A stretch of DNA of 64,000 nt from Anaerolineales bacterium (GTDB lineage Bacteria; Chloroflexota; Anaerolineae; Anaerolineales; RBG-16-64-43), in the NCBI GenBank assembly GCA_049516595.1, contig JBEKSY010000015.1:2938-66937 (forward strand), in the 5' to 3' direction. Position 1 is the stretch's first letter. Every line of letters starts with the position of its first letter. Below, piece after piece: positions 27,940 to 36,233 of this stretch. A model generated the notes under the pieces. The model was not told the DNA's origin, made no database searches, and saw nothing but the letters and a program-made list of their open reading frames with translations. The position numbers and the translations under genes were made by a program.

Positions 27940-28908
27940 ATGGAATCACTGTTTGAGCGCGAGAAGGCAAGGTTGCTCTCCCATCCAAGCGTCACTAGGT
28001 GGGCAGACCTAGAGGGTTGCCTTCGCACAGTGCTCGCCTCTCCTCGTCATGACTGGGAATTACCATCTCTCGCCTGCAAGGCGGTGGGGGGCGACCCGCA
28101 GGCGGTGGGGCCGGCAGCCGCCGCGTTGATCTGCGAGCAACTATCAATCACGCTGGTTGACGACGTCCTTGACGAGGATCCCAGAGGCCTTCACAATACG
28201 ATCGGATCAGGGCGGGTAGCAAACATCTCCTTGGCGCTGGTCGGCCTTGCGTTCGAACTTGTCAAAGATCTGCAAGTCGAGCCCTGGCGCAAACTGGCCA
28301 TCATCATGTCCCTGGCGAGCATGGAGCTTGAAACGGCGTACGGCCAGCACTTAGATGTTACCGAGCCTAGGACGGAAGAGAGCTATTGGAAGATCCTGCA
28401 AAGAAAGAGCACCCCTTATTATGCTGTAGCCTTGTCCGTCGGCGCCCTGGCTGGCGGGGCAAGCCTGGAGATCTCACAGAAGGTGAGCGAAATAGGAGGC
28501 CTGATCGGGGAGATCACGCAGATCTATGACGACCTCACCGATGCTCTTCAAACCCCGGCCAATCCGGACTGGAACCGCCCAGGAGCAAACCTGGCGATCC
28601 TCTACGCGATCAGCGCTCCTCATCCCGACCAGGAAGCGTTCAAAGGAGACCTTGCGACCATCGCCGACGACAAAACTCTTCGCCACGCTCAGGGTCTGCT
28701 AATTCGCTCGGGCGCCGTCAGCTACTGCGCGTATCATGTCGCTCAAAGGGTCCGGGCCGCTAGGGCGCTCGTCCACCGGACCGGGTTCGCTGACCCTGAT
28801 CCTCTTCTGACCTTGCTCTCCAGCCAGGCTGCTCCCCTATCGCGACTCTTGAGTGAGCTAGGGGTCTCCAGACCCCTGGACCTCCTGACAGAGGAACATG
28901 AAGTCTAG
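27940..28908 (+). CDS. ComQ-like isoprenyl-synthase-fold protein (candidate peptide Trp prenyltransferase)
   Basis: DDVLDED (28159-28179), GQHLD, RKSTPY, QIYDDLTD and C-terminal SGAVSY. It lacks the GKRxRP and post-FARM RRG IPP-binding motifs of chain-elongating synthases. The start may be 27886, 27925 or 27940. Confidence 0.82.
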   Translation: MESLFEREKARLLSHPSVTRWADLEGCLRTVLASPRHDWELPSLACKAVGGDPQAVGPAAAALICEQLSITLVDDVLDEDPRGLHNTIGSGRVANISLALVGLAFELVKDLQVEPWRKLAIIMSLASMELETAYGQHLDVTEPRTEESYWKILQRKSTPYYAVALSVGALAGGASLEISQKVSEIGGLIGEITQIYDDLTDALQTPANPDWNRPGANLAILYAISAPHPDQEAFKGDLATIADDKTLRHAQGLLIRSGAVSYCAYHVAQRVRAARALVHRTGFADPDPLLTLLSSQAAPLSRLLSELGVSRPLDLLTEEHEV

Positions 28909-31900
28909 AATTGTGCGGAATGGGCCGGTGGGGCTGGCCGGAGCTCTCTTGCTTTCCTTCGCTGCCCTCGCCTTTTCCGCGTTCTATGCGTTGCAGGCGG
29001 CCTTTCTCCTTCCCTACCCCGGGTTGAGTTTCGGGCCGGACTGGATCATCGTAGGAATTACGCCCTGCGAGGTCCAGGAAAGTTGGTGCCACCACAACCA
29101 AGGTCTGCTGCAGGTCGGAGACCGCCTGACGAGAGTGGGGGACCTGACCTACGAGCAGTTCCGGACGGCTCGCACCCAAGTCCCCTTCGCGGGGAACCTG
29201 CCTGGGGATCTTGTTCCTGTTCAATACCTGCGCCAGGGAGTCCAAGGTGAAGCCCTTTGGCAAATGCAAGGGGCTACGCTGGCCTTGACCCTGAGTCGGC
29301 TAGCGGGCATCCTTCTCTTCCTCCCGTTCTGGGCAGTCGGGACTATTGTCTTACTGCTTGCACGGCCAAGGGACAACAGGGCGATCCTGCTCACCTTGCA
29401 GAACTTTGTCACCGCCGCATGGGTGTCTGCTGGAGCCGTCTCATTCCTGCAAGGAGCCTTTTCTTCCCAAGTCCTGCACTCGCTCTCTTGGGTGCTAGCT
29501 CCCCTTTACTTGCATCTGCATTTGGCGGTGCCAAACTCGCTCTTCCCGCGTCTCCGGAAGGGCCTGCTCCCAGCCCTCTATGGAGCATCGGCCGTCCTGG
29601 CGTCCCTGGAGCTACCGCGCTTCCTCCCCGATCAGGTCTACCTTGTCCCGATTCTCGTTCTCATCGCCGGGTCCCTGTCGATTCTCTTCTACCGCTTGCT
29701 GCGAGGAGACCTCGCGGACCGGCCGGCGGTGCGGCTGATGCTCGCCGCCATTGCACTCGCCTTTGGGCCGGGGCTTATTCTGGTCCTCATTCCCAATCTC
29801 CTCGGGGAGCCGACCTACCAGAGCGTTGGCCCGAACATTTCCGTCTTTGCTTTGCCGCTCTTGCCGGGGCTCTACGCCTTTGCGATCTACCGCAAGCGCC
29901 TCGGCAACCTGGAGCTTCGTGCCAACCGTGTTCTTACCTTCTACAGCTTCGCCCTCTTGTATGCCACGGCCTTCGTGCTCACCTACATGCTCGGCTCCCG
30001 GCTGATTCATCTTCCCAGCCCGGCCTTGGCCTTCAGCCTGGTCATCTCCCTCGTCTTTGTTGTGGCTGCGCAGCCTGTCTACATCGCCTTTCGAAAGTTG
30101 GCGGAAAGGTTGCTCTACGGAGCCCATTTCCAACCCGCGGAAATCGTTCGCGTGTTCGCCAACCGGCTGCCCACAGCAACCTCCAAGGAAGCCGTCGCTC
30201 ACCTGCTCGAAAGTGATGTGACGAGCAGTCTCCTCATCCGACAGTCGGCGCTGGTTCTGCTCCGCAACGAACGGGCGGAAATCATCTACCAAACGGGGAT
30301 CGAGATTGAGGCCTCCAGCCTGGGAGAGGATCAGATCCGCGGACTGACCGCCTCGGCCGGAAAGTACCATGTGCCCGAAGAGACTGAAGGCCCCTTTGGG
30401 TGGGTTCGCCTAGCCATCCCGGTTGAGACCGGAGGCGAGATCATCGGCCTGTGGCTCTTGGGCCGCCGCGACCCGGACGACTTTTACCCGCAGAGGGACA
30501 TCCGCCTGCTATTCACACTCGCGAGCGAACTGACTATTTCGCTTGAATCTCTCCGCCTGGTCGACGAAAGCAAACGCCGGGCGAATGAGTTCGAGGCGCT
30601 CTACCAAACAGCACGAGACCTGACGACCAAGGAGGACCTCAACTCCCTCCTGCGCACGGTAGTGGAAAGGGCCATCGCGCTGGTGGACGCCCAAACAGGC
30701 GGGATCTTCCTCCCCCAGGGGGAAGGGAGAAAACTCAAATTGGCGATCGCGGTCGGATCCGCGGCTGAAGAGCAACTCGCGGCCATGGAAGGCGATGGAT
30801 TCGACCCGGAAGCCCTGGAATTGAGGGCGCCGGTCTTGGTGAATGACTTCGATCGCGGCCCCAATCGAAACTTCATCGCGAGAACACATGGCGTTCGAGC
30901 CTACGTTCGCTGCCCGATTCTTCAAGAAGAGGAACTTGCAGGATTGCTGGTGGTTGCCATGACCGCTGGAGCCGCGGACCAATTCACCCACGCGGATGTG
31001 CGGCTGCTCAGCCTCTTCGCCTCTCTGGCCAGCAACATGATCCGCACGGCGCTACTCTATGATGAGACCCGGCAGCGAGCGGAACAACTCAAGCTTCTTT
31101 ACGACGCCGGGCTGGGGCTCAACAGCCTGCTGGACCCCAAGGAACAGCTCAAGTTGCTCTTCCAGAGCGCCCTGCAGGCTCTGCAGGCAGACGAGGCCGA
31201 GTTCTTCCGCCACGACGCGGCCTCCGGCGAGCTGAAAGGGGAGATGGTGCTCGGGATCGATCCGGCCCATTCCTCGGAGTGGAAAGAACTCAGTTTCCCT
31301 GAGGGTGCCAGTGCTGGGCCGGCAGGTTGGGTGGCCGCCCGGCGCGAGGCCATCAACCTCCCCGACGCGCCCACTTTCCCCGGATGGGTGACGGTCGACC
31401 CCCGGGTTCATTCTGGGATCTGGGCGCCGATCGAGAGAGAAGGGAGGCTGCTCGGGGTATTCGGCGTGACCAGCACCCGGGGTTCGGCGTTTTCCAACCA
31501 GGACGTCGACCTGCTTCTCCTCTTCGCCAATCAGGCGGCCGTGGCCATGGAAAACGCCCGCCTGTTCACCGAAACCGAGCTTCGCTTGCGGCGCATGTCT
31601 TCCTCAAGAAGCATCGACACCGCCATCACGGGCAGCCTGGATCTGCGAGTGACCCTCAACGTCCTCCTGGATCAAGTCACAACCCAACTGGGAATGGACG
31701 CGGCAGACGTCTTGCTCTTCAATCCGCATACCCAGCTCCTGGAGTTCGCCGCCGGACGAGGCTTCCGGTCTCGAGCCCTTCAGAACACCCGTCTCCAAGT
31801 AGGAAAGGGTCTGGCTGGGCGAGCGGCGCTCGAGCGCGAAATTGTTCACATCTCCGACCTGATCGGGCAACCCGGAGAGCTGTCGAAATCGCCTCTTCTG

Positions 31901-32659
31901 GGAAGAGAGGACTTCGTCGAGTACTACGGCGTCCCCTTGATTGCCAAGGCTCAAATCAAGGGCGTCCTGGAGGTATTCAATCGCAGGCACTTGGAACCCG
32001 ATCCGGAGTGGATGGAGTTCCTCGAGACCATTGCGGGTCAGGCGGCCATTGCGGTCGATAATGCCAGCCTGTTCGACAGCCTGCAACGCACCAATCTGGA
32101 TCTGACCCTCGCCTATGACTCGACCCTGGAGGCACTGGCCCGAGCCCTGGACCTGCGTAACCACGAACCCGAGGGGCATACCCTACGGGTGACCGAACTG
32201 ACCCTCCAAATCTCACGGGTCCTGGGCATCGGGGAAGCCGACCTGGTTCATCTGCGACGGGGCGCCCTGCTGCACGATGTGGGAGATCTGGGCGTCCCCG
32301 AGGCGGTGCTCCTAAAGGCCGGACCCCTCAACGACCGCGAGTGGAACCTGATTCGACGACACCCTGTTCTGGCCTTCGAGCTCCTTTCCCCCATTGAGTT
32401 CCTGCGCCCCGCCCTCGACATCCCCTATTGCCACCATGAGAAATGGGATGGGACGGGGTACCCGCGGGGCCTGGCTGGCGAGCAAATCCCCACCGGGGCC
32501 CGCATCTTCGCCGTCGTGGACGTCTGGGACGCGCTGACCTCGGATCGTCCCTTCCGTGAAGCGTGGTCCCTAGACCGCACCCGGAAATATGTCTGGGACA
32601 AGGCCGGGACTCACTTCGACCGATCGATTGTCGAGATCTTCCTCGAGTCAGTTTCTTAG
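28898..32659 (+). CDS. Membrane receptor: ComP-like sensor (TM - PDZ-like loop - about 9 TMs) - GAF x4 - HD-GYP
   Basis: LPYPGL...LQVGDRLTRVG extracellular loop, about 10 hydrophobic helices in total, and four GAF repeats each ending in an LL..(F/I)A...(A/S) helix. The HD-GYP domain has EPEGHTLRV, LLHDVGD and HHEKWDGTGYP. Its start overlaps the upstream stop by 11 nt. Confidence 0.9.
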   Translation: MKSRIVRNGPVGLAGALLLSFAALAFSAFYALQAAFLLPYPGLSFGPDWIIVGITPCEVQESWCHHNQGLLQVGDRLTRVGDLTYEQFRTARTQVPFAGNLPGDLVPVQYLRQGVQGEALWQMQGATLALTLSRLAGILLFLPFWAVGTIVLLLARPRDNRAILLTLQNFVTAAWVSAGAVSFLQGAFSSQVLHSLSWVLAPLYLHLHLAVPNSLFPRLRKGLLPALYGASAVLASLELPRFLPDQVYLVPILVLIAGSLSILFYRLLRGDLADRPAVRLMLAAIALAFGPGLILVLIPNLLGEPTYQSVGPNISVFALPLLPGLYAFAIYRKRLGNLELRANRVLTFYSFALLYATAFVLTYMLGSRLIHLPSPALAFSLVISLVFVVAAQPVYIAFRKLAERLLYGAHFQPAEIVRVFANRLPTATSKEAVAHLLESDVTSSLLIRQSALVLLRNERAEIIYQTGIEIEASSLGEDQIRGLTASAGKYHVPEETEGPFGWVRLAIPVETGGEIIGLWLLGRRDPDDFYPQRDIRLLFTLASELTISLESLRLVDESKRRANEFEALYQTARDLTTKEDLNSLLRTVVERAIALVDAQTGGIFLPQGEGRKLKLAIAVGSAAEEQLAAMEGDGFDPEALELRAPVLVNDFDRGPNRNFIARTHGVRAYVRCPILQEEELAGLLVVAMTAGAADQFTHADVRLLSLFASLASNMIRTALLYDETRQRAEQLKLLYDAGLGLNSLLDPKEQLKLLFQSALQALQADEAEFFRHDAASGELKGEMVLGIDPAHSSEWKELSFPEGASAGPAGWVAARREAINLPDAPTFPGWVTVDPRVHSGIWAPIEREGRLLGVFGVTSTRGSAFSNQDVDLLLLFANQAAVAMENARLFTETELRLRRMSSSRSIDTAITGSLDLRVTLNVLLDQVTTQLGMDAADVLLFNPHTQLLEFAAGRGFRSRALQNTRLQVGKGLAGRAALEREIVHISDLIGQPGELSKSPLLGREDFVEYYGVPLIAKAQIKGVLEVFNRRHLEPDPEWMEFLETIAGQAAIAVDNASLFDSLQRTNLDLTLAYDSTLEALARALDLRNHEPEGHTLRVTELTLQISRVLGIGEADLVHLRRGALLHDVGDLGVPEAVLLKAGPLNDREWNLIRRHPVLAFELLSPIEFLRPALDIPYCHHEKWDGTGYPRGLAGEQIPTGARIFAVVDVWDALTSDRPFREAWSLDRTRKYVWDKAGTHFDRSIVEIFLESVS

Positions 32660-32725
32660 ACCTGGGGTTCAATTCCGCGGCGGCATCGACGGCCGACCAT
32701 TAGATCGCCTACCGGGGTTGGCAAT

Positions 32726-33271
32726 TTGCTGCGACAAATCTATTTTGGCCTTCGCTACTTAGGAAGCCCGCCCTGGGATACCGGAGTCCCGCCCCCTGAG
32801 GTGGTTCAGTTCGCCGACGACCATCCCCCCGCCCACGCGCTCGACATTGGCTGCGGTACCGGGGCAACTTCGGTATTCCTGGCCCAGCGGGGCTGGACCG
32901 TGACCGGGGTCGACTTCGTCGCCCTGGCCATCTGGAAGGCCAGGCGGCGGGCGCGCCATCTTGCCTTGGGGCCGACCTTTCGCGTTGGGAGAGTTCCCGA
33001 GCTGAACGGGGTCTCCGGTCCATTTGACCTGGCTGTCGATGTCGGATGTTTTCACACCCTGCCGGAGGGCGACCGCAAGAGGTATGTCGACCGTGTCCAG
33101 ACCCTCCTCAAGTCCGGCAGCCATATGCTCCTTTTCGCCTTCGACCATGACTCGCTGCCCGGGGTGCCAATCGATGAAGTCCGCCGGCTTTTCTCGAGCG
33201 GATTCGAGGAGCGACAAATCAAAGTCGACGCGGACGGCAGCGCGGCCTGGTACACTTATAGACGCCGGTAG
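32726..33271 (+). CDS. Class I SAM-dependent methyltransferase (TPMT-like)
   Basis: PPWDTG, ALDIGCGTG, GVDF and DVGCFHTL. Confidence 0.85.
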   Translation: MLRQIYFGLRYLGSPPWDTGVPPPEVVQFADDHPPAHALDIGCGTGATSVFLAQRGWTVTGVDFVALAIWKARRRARHLALGPTFRVGRVPELNGVSGPFDLAVDVGCFHTLPEGDRKRYVDRVQTLLKSGSHMLLFAFDHDSLPGVPIDEVRRLFSSGFEERQIKVDADGSAAWYTYRRR

Positions 33272-33288
33272 GCAAAGATCATAAAGCG

Positions 33289-34206
33289 ATGGGCAGTGTG
33301 CTGTTGCTTTTCCTGGATGGTGTGGGGCTGGGTGCCCCGGATCCGACTCGTAATCCACTGGTCGCGGCCGAGCTACCGACTCTCAAGCGCTTGATGGGGG
33401 GCCAGGACCTCACCCGGGAGGCGAGGGCGGTCGAAGGGGAGGAGGCAACTTTCTTCCCCTGCGATGCCAACCTCGGAGTGGAAGGAAAACCGCAGTCGGC
33501 GAGCGGTCAGGCCTCTCTGCTGACAGGAGTTAACGTCCCCTCGCACCTGGGGTTCCACTACGGACCAAAACCAAACCGATCCATCCGGGCCCTGCTGAAG
33601 GACCGGAACCTCCTGACCACACTGAGTCGGCGCGGCCAGCGCCACTCCCTGCTCAATGCCTATCCCCCGGCCTATTTCGAGGGGGTCCGGTCGGGCCACC
33701 GGTTGCATTCTGCGATCCCTCTCGCCGTGGAACTGGCGGGGGGTGAACTGGCCAACGAGGAGGTGCTCCGCCGGGGAAGCGCGTTGTCCGCCGATTTCAC
33801 CGGGGACGGGTGGAGGCGCAGGCTGGGCTATTCCGACACCCCGCTCCTGACGCCGCGAGAAGCCGGCCAGCGGATGGCGGAACTGGCGCGTCGGGTCGAT
33901 TTCGCGATTTTTGACCATTGGCCAACGGACTATGCAGGTCACAAAGGGAGAATGGAGCCGGCCGTGGAGCTCCTTCGCATCCTGGACAAAGTCCTAGAGG
34001 CCCTGGCCCAGGCGGCTCGCAATGACAGCCTGCTCGTGGTCGTGACTTCAGACCACGGAAACCTGGAGGACCTCTCAGAACGCGGGCACACTCGCAATCC
34101 GGTTCCCGCTCTCCTGATTGGGCCGCGGCCGCTGCGAAAGCCTTTTGTGCAGAGAATGCAGGACCTGACCGGATTTGCTCCGGCCCTTCTCGAAGCCCTG
34201 GACTGA
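33289..34206 (+). CDS. Metalloenzyme superfamily protein (iPGM/phosphopentomutase-like)
   Basis: LFLDGVGLG, PQSASGQ, DYAGHKG, VTSDHGN and HTRNPVP. Confidence 0.85.
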   Translation: MGSVLLLFLDGVGLGAPDPTRNPLVAAELPTLKRLMGGQDLTREARAVEGEEATFFPCDANLGVEGKPQSASGQASLLTGVNVPSHLGFHYGPKPNRSIRALLKDRNLLTTLSRRGQRHSLLNAYPPAYFEGVRSGHRLHSAIPLAVELAGGELANEEVLRRGSALSADFTGDGWRRRLGYSDTPLLTPREAGQRMAELARRVDFAIFDHWPTDYAGHKGRMEPAVELLRILDKVLEALAQAARNDSLLVVVTSDHGNLEDLSERGHTRNPVPALLIGPRPLRKPFVQRMQDLTGFAPALLEALD

Positions 34207-34222
34207 AGAATAGAATCGGGAA

Positions 34223-34936
34223 TCAGGAGGCCTTGCGAATGTGGCTCAGGGCCTCCAGGGCGGCGGCCTGGGCGGCCGCCTGTTTGCTGGGTCCAATTCC
34301 CGCCCCCGAGAGTTCATCGCCGAGATACACCTCGACGGTAAACTCGCGTTCGTGATCGGGTCCCCGTTCCTCAGCGGTCACGTATCGTGGCGTCAGGGAT
34401 CGTTCCGCCTGCGCCCACTCCTGGAGCAGGCTCTTGGCGTCGACCTCGCCTTGTTCTTCAAGAATCCGCTCGGCGGCCTCCTCAAAGAGGGGTTCAACAA
34501 ACCGGCGAGCGGCTTCCGCACCCTGGTCCAGGTATAACGCGCCAATCAGGGCCTCGAACGCCCCGCAGAGATTGGCCGGACGATCTCTGCCCCCCGTTTC
34601 CTCTTCCCCTCGGCCGAGCCTCAGGAGCGAGCCGATATCCAGCTTCCGTGCAAAACCGGCCAGGGTCTCCGTGCGCACCAGCGCAGAGCGCAGGCGTGTC
34701 AGACGTCCCTCGGGCGAGTCGGGAAACCGATGATAGACCCAGGCCCCGCTCACAAAATCCAGGACCGCGTCTCCCAGGAATTCCAGCCTTTCGTTGTCCT
34801 CCCATTTCCCAGGATGCTCATTGGCAAAAGAGCGGTGGGTGAGGGCGCGGATCGCCAGGCTGGGATCTTGAAACTCGAGGCCCATTCGCTCGCGCAAAAA
34901 TTCCGACCCGGGTTGAGAAGTCGCTTCGCGGCTCAA
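34223..34936 (-). CDS. rnc: Ribonuclease III
   Basis: ALTHRS, NERLEFLGDAVL, FEALIGALYLD and dsRBD (DAKSLLQEWAQ...GPDH...F). Probable TTG start at 34936 with a GGAGG SD; ATG 34885 is an alternative. Confidence 0.96.
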   Translation of the reverse strand: MSREATSQPGSEFLRERMGLEFQDPSLAIRALTHRSFANEHPGKWEDNERLEFLGDAVLDFVSGAWVYHRFPDSPEGRLTRLRSALVRTETLAGFARKLDIGSLLRLGRGEEETGGRDRPANLCGAFEALIGALYLDQGAEAARRFVEPLFEEAAERILEEQGEVDAKSLLQEWAQAERSLTPRYVTAEERGPDHEREFTVEVYLGDELSGAGIGPSKQAAAQAAALEALSHIRKAS

Positions 34937-34973
34937 GGTTCCCGCCCTCCGAGAAATCCCCCGGCCCCGACGG

Positions 34974-36209
34974 CTAAGCTTGGAACTCGCGTATGGCCAG
35001 GACGGCGTTGTGCCCGCCGAAACCAAAGGAATTCGACAGCGCCAGGCGCACCCTCTTCTCACGGGCCTGGTTCGGTACGTAGTCGAGATCGCACTCGGGA
35101 TCCGGAGTTACGTAGTGAACGGTCGCTGGGATCATTCCGTCGCGGATCGCCAGGACGCAGAAGATCGCCTCCAGAGCTCCCGTAGCCCCCATCATGTGAC
35201 CGGTCATGGCCTTGGTGGAAGAGACGGGAACCCGATAAGCCGCCGGGCCCATGGCGGCCTTGATGGCGCGGGTTTCCGAGAGATCATTGAGGGGCGTGGC
35301 CGTTCCATGAGCGTTGATGTAGTCCACTTCGTCCGGTCTGGCATGCGCCGCTTCCAAGGCGCGCCGGATGGCCAAGGCTCCCCCGGCACCATCTTCGGCC
35401 GGTGCCGTCACATGAAAGGCGTCGGCACTGGCCGCGTAGCCCGCCAGTTCGGCAAGGATTTCCGCTCCCCGCCGTTTGGCGTGGGATAGGCCTTCCAAGA
35501 CCAGCACGGCAGCCCCTTCCCCCATGACCAGCCCATCGCGATCCTTGTCGAACGGCTGGGGCGTCAGCGAGTAATTGTCATTTCTCCTCGACATGGCGCC
35601 CAGCCGGTCAAAGGCGGCTACCCCCAGCTGGCAAATGGTGGCCTCGCTGGCTCCCGCCAGGACGGCATCCAGATCCCCATTGCGCACGAGCTGCCACGCC
35701 GCCCCAATTCCATCCGCTCCCGAGGCGCAGGCGGAGGACACGGAGAAGCAGGGGCCCTTGGCCCCAAACTCGATGGCCACGATGCCCGAGGCACCGTTCG
35801 GCATGTACATGGGGATGAGAAACGGGCTCAGGTGCCGCGGCCCTTGATCCCGCAGGGCGTCCATCCCCGACTGGAGAGTCGCCAGTCCTCCGGTGGCCGA
35901 GGAGATGATCACTCCCACGCGATCCGGGGCCCGGTCAATCTCCAGACCAGATTGGCCCAAGGCCTGCTGGGCGGCCGCCAAGCCCATCTGCTCAAATCGA
36001 TCACGCCGGCGAGCTTCACGAGGCTCCATGTATCGGGTGGGGTCGAACCCCCGAACCTCGCAGGCGATGCGCACCAGGAGACCCGAGGCATCGAACTGGG
36101 TGATTGGTCCTACCGCCGAGACCCCCTTGAGCGCATTCCGCCAGCTCTCCTCGGCATCGAGCCCCAGTGCGTTGATCGTTCCCAATCCGGTGATCACAAC
36201 CCGTTCCAT
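34974..36209 (-). CDS. fabF: 3-oxoacyl-ACP synthase II
   Basis: RVVITGLG, SACASG (catalytic Cys), HGTAT, GHMMGATG and NSFGFGG. Confidence 0.96.
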   Translation of the reverse strand: MERVVITGLGTINALGLDAEESWRNALKGVSAVGPITQFDASGLLVRIACEVRGFDPTRYMEPREARRRDRFEQMGLAAAQQALGQSGLEIDRAPDRVGVIISSATGGLATLQSGMDALRDQGPRHLSPFLIPMYMPNGASGIVAIEFGAKGPCFSVSSACASGADGIGAAWQLVRNGDLDAVLAGASEATICQLGVAAFDRLGAMSRRNDNYSLTPQPFDKDRDGLVMGEGAAVLVLEGLSHAKRRGAEILAELAGYAASADAFHVTAPAEDGAGGALAIRRALEAAHARPDEVDYINAHGTATPLNDLSETRAIKAAMGPAAYRVPVSSTKAMTGHMMGATGALEAIFCVLAIRDGMIPATVHYVTPDPECDLDYVPNQAREKRVRLALSNSFGFGGHNAVLAIREFQA

Positions 36210-36233
36210 GCACGACCCTGTCCCTTGAGGCGA

